DNA of 64,000 bases, taken from positions 39,494,001 to 39,558,000 of the forward strand of contig NC_043006.1 in NCBI RefSeq assembly GCF_006345805.1, written 5' to 3'. Shown one piece after another: positions 53,118-64,000 of this stretch (position 1 is the stretch's first letter; each line of letters begins with the position of its first letter). The notes below the pieces were generated by a model. The model saw nothing but the letters and a program-made list of their open reading frames with translations. It made no database searches and was not told the DNA's origin. Position numbers and translations under genes: made by a program. The stretch comes from Octopus sinensis (lineage: Eukaryota).

Positions 53118-53174
<57 letters not shown>

Positions 53175-53291
53175 TATATATATATGTATACATATATATA
53201 TATGTATATGTATAAATATATACATGTAAAATATATATATATACATGTATAAATATATATATGTGTATGTATATATATATGTATATATATG

Positions 53292-53345
<54 letters not shown>

Positions 53346-53419
53346 CATGTATAGATATATATATATACATACATGTATAAATATATATATGTGTATGTAT
53401 ATATATATGTATATATATG

Positions 53420-53479
<60 letters not shown>

Positions 53480-54299
53480 TTACAAAAATGTGTAAGTGTA
53501 TGAGGGTGTGTACGTGTGGGTGAGTGTGTTTGTGTCTGCTTAAGCATATAAATATATTCTAAATTTTGAATATTCTTTCACACACTGAGCTGTTTACTTA
53601 TCATGCTGTGTGACGTGACTATCAAATGATTTTGTTCTGTTGACATTCGTTAGATCTGTGCCAACCATTGTATAAACACTAACTCATGTATTGTTTTTCT
53701 TCACAGGCATAGTGATTTGGAATTCTTTAATTTCCAACAATTCTATTTTCTTGTACCAAAAAATGTACCGTCTTTACAAAATGTTTTATTCATCACTATT
53801 TTGGGAAACGTAGTCCACTGATAAGTTTCAATAAGACTAAAGCATGTACGGATTTGTCTCCGTGCATGCGGAAAAAAACAACATAAAGTAACATGTATAT
53901 TTCCAGTTTACATTTAAATGATTTTTACATTTAATATGTTAACACTAATTTATTTGATGTTTAAATTGAGCTTGCTAATTAGAAATTATTATACATTAAG
54001 TGCAGGCAGGGCTATGTGGCTAAGATGTTCATTTTGTGACTATGTCATATCGACCCTGGTCCCACTGTACGAAATCCTCGGCAAGTGCTGTCTTCTGCCC
54101 TTCTTCTACATCCTCGGACGGAATAATGATGAAGTTGTAGATCATGTGACTTTTGGCAAACACTTTGCTGTACGAATGTGAATGAAATAAGCATGCTGAA
54201 TTGTGATCGGGAGAATTTCAATCATGGCTTCAATACAGAAAGCCTTTATCGATGTGCACCCACATACTGCGAGAGAGTACAACATGCCTGGAGAAACCC

Positions 54300-55070
54300 T
54301 GTATATATAATAGGATATCGTTTATAGCAAACACCTGGGGGGACACAGACTGCACTGGTTGATGCAACGCCCGAAATGGCTCGAAAGTCATAACATGCCG
54401 ACTGGGTAATAGCGTCGCCAGATGAGGCTAGGAGCGATCTCGTTTATTGCGCGCCCTCTTCTCCGATGTTTCGAAGGCTTGTACCACCAGACAGCTAGTC
54501 TCTGGCTGCTGGAACTGAAACTAACACGACACTATTAAAAGGTAGGTTTAGAGGGGACGCGAGCCAAAACTACGCGACCTCCCTCACCATTGGTCAGTTA
54601 AAGTTTAGATTGTGTCACGTGACAGTTAGTTGGCGTTGGCTGCTGGAGTCTACCGGCGAGTATTTAAAGGGAGATTTAGCAGGGTGGTCATTCGCTCGCT
54701 GATATTCGTTGACGCTGCATCGAAGAAACCAAAGAGCAAATGCCCTAAGGAAAAAAAAAACGCACTCAACACCAGAGCTGAAGAGCACGTCGAAAACGGT
54801 GGGGGAGTAGGAGCCGAAACTGATTATGTCTTTAGCCACTGGATCCTATAAAGGTAGCGAATCATGAAACGTGGTTGGAATTCCACAACGTCCTACTCAT
54901 AAGGGACAGCTGCAGGATGAGCCGAAACGATAGTCACGTTGAATATAAACTCGTATCAAACCCATTTTCCGTTTCCCTCATCAATTATAAACTAAACGAA
55001 GACTGCGGAATTCCTGAATGTAGATCCAGTGAAAATTATACCGCAACTGCGGATGACATGAGGTAGCCCA
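54300..55070 (+). mobile_element. LTR- or pseudo-LTR-like GC-richer block with promoter motifs
   Basis: ATTGG, palindromic GTCACGTGAC, TATTTAAA, then a hammerhead-like relic at 54886-54941; no ORF. Confidence 0.4.
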
Positions 55071-55130
55071 AAGAATAAATGTGCTTCAATCGGCATACTA
55101 ATAGACATATACCAAAAGACCAAATAGTTA

Positions 55131-55169
<39 letters not shown>

Positions 55170-55338
55170 CACTTTTACTCTTTTTACTTGTTTTTTTTGT
55201 GTGTTTTGTTGTTCTTTTGGGGGATTTACTTTATATAAGTTACAAACTGAGGAAAAAATCCTTCAAAGAATAGTGTTTAACATCCAACTGGTACTGCAGT
55301 TGGATATCTATATATTTAATAATTTTTATAATTATATT

Positions 55339-55398
<60 letters not shown>

Positions 55399-55419
55399 TG
55401 TGTTAATGTATAATGTGTG

Positions 55420-55630
55420 TATGTATGTGTTTGTCCACCCCCCCAACATCGCTTCACAACTGATGCTGGTATGTTTACATCCATAGTGGTTCGTTACAAG
55501 CGACCGATAGAATAAGTACTATGCTTACAAAGAACAAAACCTCGGATTGATTTGCTCGACTAAAGGTGGTGCTCCAGCATGGCTGAGAGTCAAATGACTG
55601 AAACAAATAAAAGAAATGTAGAATAAAAGA
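55420..55630 (+). mobile_element. SINE S1 3' half
   Basis: cgatagaataagtact...gatttgctcgactaaaggtggtgctccagcatgg...aaatgactgaaac. Confidence 0.85.
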
Positions 55631-56128
55631 ATACACAGAAAAGGGATATAACTCAGGGGAGCTTGTTTGTTTAGGTGAAGTGAACACTGTTCGTTATGAA
55701 TTAAAACCGAAACATAATTGTCAAGAGGTTATTATTAACAGATATATAAAAAAAACCAAGAATATTGCGGAGTCAGTAATGGCAGACAGTTGAATTTTGG
55801 CCAATTATTAGTCACAAATCAATGTATGTAAGTAAATAAAATGTACAAATAATAATTCTTGGAGATTTATAAGCGAATTGGTTAGGGAATAAACTAGAAG
55901 AATAGTCAGACGCTTGTATTAGGAGAAGAATAAGATTTAGGATGGCAGAGTTAAAAAGCGAATATGTGACGTCGTGAAGTAAGTAAAAATTATAACGGAA
56001 ATATATTAGAGAGGGAAATAGAGATTTCGAAAGATATATCGGATCAATTATTACTAATTCGGGTAAATGTATGTACGTACAAAACACGCACACATTTAAG
56101 AATATGTTTGTATAAGGATGCCTAAATG

Positions 56129-56232
<104 letters not shown>

Positions 56233-56247
56233 ATACATACATACCCA

Positions 56248-56460
56248 GGCGGTGAGCTGGCAGAATCGTTAGCACGCCGGACGAAATTCTTAGCGGTATT
56301 TCATCCGACGCTACGTTCTGAGTTCGAATTCCGCCGAAGTCGACTTTGCCTTTCATCCTTTCGGGGGTCGATAAATTAAGTACCAGTTGCATACTGGAGT
56401 CGATCTAACCGACAGGCTTCCTCCTCCAAAATTTCAGGCCTTGTGTCTATAGTAAGAAAA
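56248..56460 (+). mobile_element. SINE family S2, near consensus
   Basis: ggcggtgagctggcagaatcgttagcacgccgg...ttctgagttcgaattccgccg. Confidence 0.92.
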
Positions 56461-56464
56461 GATC

Positions 56465-56624
56465 GCAGGAGTGGCTGTGTGGTAAGTAGCTTGCATACCA
56501 ACCACGTGGTTCTGGGTTAAGTCCCACTGTGTGGTACCTTGGGCAAGTGTCTTCTACTATAGCCTTGGGCCGACCAAAGACTTGTGAGTGGATTTGGTAG
56601 ATAGGAACTTAAAGAAGCCCGTCG

Positions 56625-56661
<37 letters not shown>

Positions 56662-56870
56662 TTGTGTGTCTGCGTTTGTTCCCCTCAACATCGTTTGACA
56701 ACCGATGCTGGTGTATTTATGTCCCCGTTACTTATTGGTTCGGCAAAAGAGACCGATAGAATAAGTACCAGGCTTACAAAGAATAAGTCCTGGAGTTGAT
56801 TTGCTCGACTAAATACGGTGCTCCTGCATGGCCGCAGTGAAATGACTGAAACAAGTAAAAGAGTAAAAGA
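56465..56870 (+). mobile_element. SINE family S1, full length
   Basis: cgcaggagtggctgtgtggtaagtagcttgc...gcatggccgcagtgaaatgactgaaacaagtaaaagag. Confidence 0.92.
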
Positions 56871-56887
56871 ATATATTTTTTCATACA

Positions 56888-56918
<31 letters not shown>

Positions 56919-56974
56919 CCCTGTTGTATATCACTGGTCACAGTGGGCTTTGCAGCATTTCAGATTGCGAATGA

Positions 56975-57407
56975 TGTCATCCTGTCGCGTCGTGAAGTCT
57001 GCCCAATTGACCAGGCATGTATTATAATCTCCGACATATACGAGGCAGAAGTGACACCAACGCTTCGAGATAACTTCACTGGAAAGAAGAATTACATCGC
57101 GTTACGGGAAGACAATTTCGAAAAACGTTATGCAGACCACCTATCAGTACATCGACAAACGTAATGTAACGAAGTTGTCTAGGCATGTGTGGAGTTTGAA
57201 GACCATGTCTAACCATATATAATCGAGAGGAAAATTATGAAGAAATACAAATTATGTGTTAATGGATTCAAGAAATGCAAATTATGCGTAGCAGAAAGAT
57301 CTCATAGTCTTCCTCGCTCCAAGAATTCCAGAACACTACTTTATTCAAGATTTGAAGCTTTTAGTTGGTACAAACACACGGACAGATTTCTTTTGCCAAA
57401 CTGGTAG
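56975..57407 (+). pseudogene. Penelope-like element GIY-YIG endonuclease relic
   Basis: Frameshifted EVCPIDQAC...IYEAEVT...NYIAL.EDNFEKRYADH / NVTKLSRHVWSLK / NGFKKCKLCVAE / HTDRFLLPNW* follows the PLE pattern CPLxGxC..VYxA..YIG..FKxRxxxH..LSxHxW..CxLC. Confidence 0.82.
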
Positions 57408-57998
57408 ACACCACCTACTCCAGACAGAGTTGCTATCTCGCAGTATTTAATGTTTTCTGTTTTTGTTCTTTACCATTTGCATTAATTGTAGTGTCTACGA
57501 TCAGGGAAGACGGAGATCCCGGGTTCCTTGCTTTTGTTTCTTTCTTCTCGTTCCATTTTTCGTACCAAACTTCGCGTTTTTCTTCTCTTCTTTTTTAAAT
57601 TTTTCCACTGTCTAGAGTCCTTGCTTTTAAAATGTATCTAACGTATAAACAGAGCATGAAAGATTGATTGGAGATACGGGCGTATTTTATAAATATACCC
57701 AGCTGAAGTATCCTAAAGGCATAAAACTATTAGGAGCTCTTGTAGTAGTTGTGTACGAAATTGATATTCATCTTTCACTGGAGGGAATACATTCTTTATA
57801 ATATCTATATTGAATTTATAAACTTTATATGTACTTATACTTGAATACATATCCATCCATCCATCCATCCTACCATCCATCCATCCATCCATCCATCCAT
57901 CCATCCATCCATCCATCCATCCATCCATACATACATACATACATACATACATACATACATACATACATACATACATACATACATACATACATACATAC

Positions 57999-58400
57999 AG
58001 AGGTATGTACTATCACAGAGGTCAGTTGTCCTGCAGATATAAATATCTCTTTGGAAGTCAAAGAAAAAGAGGATATCTATGGAGAACTGCTTCGAAACCT
58101 CCAGCTTCTATATCCAGACTATGAATTCATATTCATACCAATAAGAATTGGATCACTAGGTTTTGTTAGTAAATGCTTAAAGGATAATCTGGATAAATCT
58201 GGATTTTTAGAAATAAATCGACTGGCTGATTCGTACATTACAAGTGCAGTCTGTGAGTGGAATAGTAAAAATATGCATGACTTTTCTCAAGTTCCAAATG
58301 TGAATTTGTCTACATTCCAAAGACGGAGTCTTGTATCTTTATTGAAAACCGACTCCCTCATCAATGGAAGAAGTATAATAATTAAAAAAATGGAAGAGAC
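57999..58400 (+). mobile_element. RLE-type LINE 3' end, copy 1
   Basis: [48 protein letters not shown]...VSGIVKICMTFLKF*; flanked by (ATAC)n. Confidence 0.85.
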
Positions 58401-58449
58401 ATACATACATACATACATACATACATACATGCATACATACACAAATACA

Positions 58450-58488
<39 letters not shown>

Positions 58489-58517
58489 TATTATATATAT
58501 ATTATATACATACATAC

Positions 58518-59390
58518 AAGAAATAAGAACCCACAATATGGTAGAAGCCATAACCACTCATAATAAAAAGGATATTGGTGGAATGTCCCATTGAAAACTT
58601 CAATAAAATGTTAGCACAACAGACCTGATATAACGATTTCGGATAGTGTAGAGAAAGTGTGCACAGTTGTGGAAATTAGCTGCTAGGTGGATGCTAACAT
58701 TAAGCTGAAGATCAGTGAAAAAGAGAATACCTACGCTGAACTATTGAGAAATCTGCAGTTACTCTATCCAGATTACAAGTTCAGGTTTATACCTGTAATT
58801 ATCGGGGCCCTGAGATATAAATACCAGTCTTGAGAAGGTTTTTTAAAACCAGAAAGGAGAAAGATAATTCGATGACAACAGATCCAACCAATCACTGGAA
58901 CTGTAAAAATCTGTACAACTTTCCAGAAGTTTATCATTTTAATTATATATGAGCATGTCTACATATATACTATATGCATAAGAAAACATACATAAAGCAA
59001 AACATACAAATGTGCACGTCTACATAAATACATACATACATACATACATACATACATACAAACAAACAAAAATACCCTGTTGTTGATGTCAAAATTCCAC
59101 TGAAGGAGCCTTGGAACTAGGTTAGAAGCCGGTTCTTTCTCTATCTGCAAAAAATCTTGACAAAATGAATAATGACACACATATATGAGCATGTGTAGAT
59201 ATGCAACTATATGCATGAGAATACATACATAAAACATACAAATCTGCACATACGTACATTTATACATACATCAACATCATCATACCCTGTTGTTGATGTT
59301 CAAATTCCAATGAAAGAGCCTTGGATCTAGGTTAGAATCTAGTTCTTTCTCTATTGGCAAGAAATCTTGAAATAAACTAAATAATGACAT
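58518..59390 (+). mobile_element. RLE-type LINE 3' end, copy 2, with duplicated 3' UTR
   Basis: HNRPDI...[51 protein letters not shown] (PD-(D/E)xK nuclease); UTR repeated at about 58950-59185 and 59187-59390. Confidence 0.87.
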
Positions 59391-59449
59391 ACATACATAC
59401 ATACATACATACATACATACATACATACATACATACATACATACATACA

Positions 59450-59485
<36 letters not shown>

Positions 59486-61379
59486 TGTTTTTATGTCGAG
59501 TTATAATAAAAGCAATTTTACATTAAACTGTAGAATTACTCATTAGTTTTTGTAAAGTAAATATTTAATATGCATTTAAAAGAGAGAGGTGACAGTGATT
59601 TCGAAATCTCGACCTGTATTACGCTGTCTTGATCTACATAAAAAAAAGTACGCCCCGAGGAAGACTGACGAGGCTCTCAGCAGCCTGTATCATCTCCACT
59701 GCGCATCCAAATATTTAATCTCTTAGCCACGAGGTTAGTCTTTGATATTCTTCTGCATCTGATACCTCCCATCATTTCTACTACCAATAATGCTAAAGAA
59801 CAATGCATTTCTCAGATCTAACACTATCGTTTGGAATTGTTTCTGTTGCTCATTACTGTATTAAGGGCGAGGCCTCCGCCATGAAGTAAAATAATATTAA
59901 TTATTGTGTTAATTATTGGTATCCATGGTATTCTAAACGGATAATGCGACAATAACCATAGTGAAAACAGAAATGTGACAGTGTTGAAACATAAAAATGG
60001 AAGACACAAAATTTCCCCCATTTGTTGTCACTTCCAAGTGTGTGAGCTATTTTGAAAGAAAGCATTAAAAATAACATACCACGTAAATTTGTATTTATCA
60101 TTTCACATAGGTTTATATGTATTTACCGGGTTAGAACTTGAATGGAAAACATGTTGAGGAAGTCAGAGAGTACAAAGTTAAAATAGAAAGGGAAGAATTT
60201 TTCTAATCATTACATTTCTATATTTAGGATTATTTGCAATTGTTTGGGAACGCTGTTTCTCTTTCTCGTAAAAGAAAAACCGATCCCATTGCATTATACT
60301 GCTGATAGCAATTCATGTCCAATAATTATGAAGCCTGATGTTTGTCGTATTTAACTTTTATATTAACTGTGGTAAATAAAAAGAGATCAACCGAGCCAGC
60401 ATATTTCCGCGAGCAACATCTATTAACGTTCAAAGAGCCACAAATTAACAAAGAGCCCATGTATCATGCAAGATGCAGTTTAACCAAAACCCTGGTCTGT
60501 ATCAAAGCAAGGTTCTTTTTTAAAACTCGTGCAGCTTTCGCCTAACTTAAACCCAAATTTATCATAGTTACTTTCTTCCAAGAGACTCTGCATATATTCA
60601 TTTCTTTCTCTCACCTGTACCATACACCTGGTAATATTTTATACATATTCACATTCAACCAACCAATTCCCAGAACAGTATTAAAATGTTTAAATTTAGA
60701 CTGTCTAATCATTGTGCTACGAAATCGATATTCTAAATATTATAAAGACGGCTTCTCTAAAAATGGCGTTAATGAGAAAATTTCACAGAAATAATCTTAT
60801 AGAAATAGATACTGAACATTAAGTGGTATAATCCGCCGTAGCTACTTGCGTTAGGGTGCTGGATCCATGATCGTAAGACTTTTTAATCTTTAACCCGTTT
60901 CAACCATTGGACTGTGGTCATGCTGATGCACGCTGTAAAGGGGTTAATGGAACACTTGTACCTCCTTATTTTTTCATATTTGTCATTATTATTTCCATCG
61001 GCAATTTTTGCCGAGACGCTATGTTACGGGGACGTAAACAAACCGAGCTTCCACACAGTTTCCAGCTACAGAATTAACTCATATGTCATTGGTCATTCCG
61101 GAGCTACAGGTACTGCACAGTGGAACTGAACCCGAAACTATAGCATTGTAAAGCGAGTTTCTTAACCACACCTGCATGCCTGTCTCCACATATTCATTTG
61201 TACCTCTCTTCATAGGTGGAGTCCACTTTCTTCAAAAATCGTGTAAGTGTAGAGTTAACGTCATCTTCTACCCCACCTCTAGGCACAAACACTAAAGTCT
61301 TAGAAATAATAAACTGGAATATGGGAAATAACGGAATATATACTGAGTGGGTGCGGGCTATTGAGATGCAAGCTTTAAA

Positions 61380-61600
61380 TGTAGAGGCGCATGGCTTAGT
61401 ATGTTAGGGTGTTGGATTCATGATCGTAAGACTGTGGTTTCGATTTCTGGATTGGATGATGTGTTGTGTTCTTGAGCAAAACACTTCATTTCATGTTGAT
61501 CGAGTCCGCATACCTGGTAAAAATGGGTAATTCTGCGTCGAACCGGTGTCCCGTCCAGGGAGAGATTCCCAAGACGGAGCAAGCGGAAACTGACTCTATG
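61380..61600 (+). mobile_element. SINE family S3
   Basis: gtagaggcgcatggcttagt...tttcgatttctgg...ttgagcaaaacacttcatttca. Confidence 0.8.
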
Positions 61601-61689
61601 TTACTTAAAAAGCAATGAAGACCAACCAACAAATTTTAAAATGATGTCTCTTCAAACAAGTGTGCCTGATAGACATAATGTTGTTGTTG

Positions 61690-62089
61690 TTTGCTCCTTG
61701 TCGAGTCATCCCTGGCCTTTAGTCGAATAAATCGACCCCAGGACTTATTCTTTGTAAGCCTGGTACTTATCCTATCGGTCTCTTTCGCCGACTGAACCGC
61801 TAAGTTTCGGTGACATAAACACATCGGTTGTGAAGCTATGGCAGGAGGACAAGCACAGACAAAATACACACATATAAATATAAATATTTATATATACACA
61901 CAAGCAACACACCACACACACACACACACATGCATATATATATATATTATATTATATATATATATATATATTATATATATATATGTATATATATATATAT
62001 CAACATATATATACACACACACATATATATATATATACACATATATATGTATACGCACAATATATATATACACACACATATATATATAT

Positions 62090-62131
<42 letters not shown>

Positions 62132-62230
62132 CAGACTTCTTTCAGTTCCCATCCACCCAAGGAGCCATGCGGTAGGATTGAATCGGGAGTCATATGGTTG
62201 GGAAGCGAGCTCCTTACCACACAGTCACGA
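61690..62230 (-). mobile_element. SINE family S1 with expanded internal microsatellite
   Basis: Tail at 61700-61860, head remnant at 62130-62225. Confidence 0.8.
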
Positions 62231-62563
62231 CAAACACTGAAAATGTCTCCAGTTTCGTAAGGAACTGAGGAATTAATAATATCTTGTTCTCGATTACGCA
62301 TAAATGACTTTTACTCACGCAACCGCTGTATGATTTGCCTTTGCAGTTGTGATCCATTTAAATTTTCCATAGCTTATAACTTTCTCATTAGATACAAATT
62401 GTATTCTTATATTAATCTGGAACTGTAGTTAATTCAATATATGAATGATTGGCTGTTTTTTTTTATATCTGTTCTTGATTGTGACTATAGTTAACTCGAT
62501 ATATATCAGTTTGCCTATATTCTATGACACATTCTTGAGCAGGTATTTCCTGTGAAGGAACAA

Positions 62564-62646
<83 letters not shown>

Positions 62647-62652
62647 TGTGTG

Positions 62653-62683
<31 letters not shown>

Positions 62684-63203
62684 TATATATATATATATAC
62701 ATATATATATACACACGCATATATGATATAATACCATATATATTTACAAATGTACATACGTACATATATATCTACACACATATGTATGTGTGTATGTATG
62801 TATGTATACAGATGAGGTGCACTCTGAATGCCGAGTAATACAGCGGAGGTAACTATATCCGCACAGCGTCTGGCAGGATTGGAAATTTTATGGTAAACGT
62901 ACTGGAGGACTATGTTTTTCTTTAAGTTTTTGCAGAAATGTTTGCAGGAACTTTGATATTCATTCCGTTGAAACGTAGAAGCACACACACACACACACAT
63001 GCATACAAGTATGGGTAAAGCAAACGGATAAATATGTACAACTGAACGTACAAAATGCACATAAAAGCTACATCAAAGGATATTTGGAAATATGCACCAG
63101 AAACACGTGTCGGATTGGAATTTAATGTGAATTAAATTAAAATTATATTTAAAAAAAAAATTTTTAAGATATATAATTCTCCATTCTTCTTTATGAAGCC
63201 TTG

Positions 63204-63273
<70 letters not shown>

Positions 63274-63279
63274 TAATCA

Positions 63280-63475
63280 TTCGCCATGATAGATCGCTAG
63301 CCACTACATATTCTTTATTTTCTCTCCTTTTTTTCTTTCTGTGTTCCTTTCTGTGGAAGAGCGTAGGATCGAAACGTTAAAGACTTCTCCACTTCCCGAG
63401 CGTTAAACTAATACATCTGTTTGTTGTCTACACCACCTGTCTTTGTCTTTTGAATTTTTTTTGTGTATTCTCCCT
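63280..63475 (+). mobile_element. Short non-coding repeat family A1 carrying a hammerhead-like motif
   Basis: cgccatgatagatcgctagccactaca...ctttctgtggaagagcgtagg matches 39937-40022. Confidence 0.8.
63347..63382 (+). ncRNA. Variant minimal hammerhead motif (core CUGUGGA), family A1
   Basis: CTTT-CTGTGGA-A-GAGC-GTAG-GATC-GAA-ACGT-T-AAAG. Confidence 0.5.
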
Positions 63476-63485
63476 ATAGTCAATA

Positions 63486-63690
63486 TGTGACCGCGTGTGT
63501 ATCGTTGGCAATTTTTTTCCTCCGTATTCCCTTCCATGGATCTTTCCTTTTTCTATGTTTCTGACGAAGAGCTCCGTTCGAAACGTTAAACTCTCCTTCT
63601 TTCTTTCCTTTCCTGAGCGTGCAATAACACTATACTTGTTCCACGTCTTCGCGTTATGTTTTCTCGTTGTGTTTTCATGTTTGGATTAAC
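63486..63690 (+). mobile_element. Short non-coding repeat family A2
   Basis: Aligns to 19180-19384. Confidence 0.85.
63557..63591 (+). ncRNA. Intact minimal type I hammerhead ribozyme motif (35 nt), family A2
   Basis: GTTT-CTGACGA-A-GAGC-TCC-GTTC-GAA-ACGT-T-AAAC: canonical core, helix I GUUU/AAAC, helix II GAGC/GUUC, palindromic ACGU helix III, GUU site. Confidence 0.75.
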
Positions 63691-63691
63691 T

Positions 63692-63739
<48 letters not shown>

Positions 63740-63759
63740 ATATATATGTGTGTGTGGTG

Positions 63760-63790
<31 letters not shown>

Positions 63791-64000
63791 TGTGTGTTTG
63801 TGCGTGTGTCTGTGTGATAGTGTCCATGTTTGTACGTGACGCATGTATGCATGAATAAGACTGCTACTCGACACTTTGTTACACTGAGAGTTTACCAAAC
63901 ACACGCTCAAACGGATATTGACAACATAGAGGCCACAAAATGCCTTGAAATACAAACCATCATTTCACTGAAAACCTTTACTCGAATTAGACCACATGCT

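Noticed and set aside
54773-54840. CTGAAGA...GAAAC...GTC as a second hammerhead in the LTR-like block
   Set aside because: Helix I would rely on G-U wobbles and helix II is undefined.
57700-57745. Hammerhead at the end of the PLE relic as a feature
   Set aside because: Both core halves are mutated and helix I is ambiguous; kept only as context for the PLE finding.
59660-59695. CTGACGA-GGCT...AGCC hairpin
   Set aside because: No GAAA after the stem.

Overview
AT-rich, microsatellite-saturated eukaryotic DNA that is almost certainly intronic or intergenic. The SINE families and the (TA)n/(TACA)n/(GATA)n load look like an octopus (coleoid cephalopod) genome; this is recognition, not a database result. 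No host protein-coding gene can be identified with confidence. Nearly all ORFs in the track are microsatellite translations, and the real coding signal is decayed transposon sequence: CR1-group, RTE, Tx1/L1 and RLE-type (R4/NeSL-like) LINEs, a Penelope-like GIY-YIG relic and a mariner transposase. The window also holds three tRNA-headed SINE families, piggyBac- and hAT-type MITEs, a fold-back element, local duplications and inversions, and one 100-N gap. The main unexpected signal is a set of minimal type I hammerhead ribozyme motifs with palindromic helix III, the dimer-dependent kind known from Penelope-like elements and retrozymes. They occur in at least five distinct short non-coding repeat families. 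These include a tandem identical pair 277 nt apart (40026-40355), an intact 35-nt motif (63557-63591) and a tRNA-headed SINE carrying a hammerhead (26402-26685). All folds were read by eye; none has been tested for activity.
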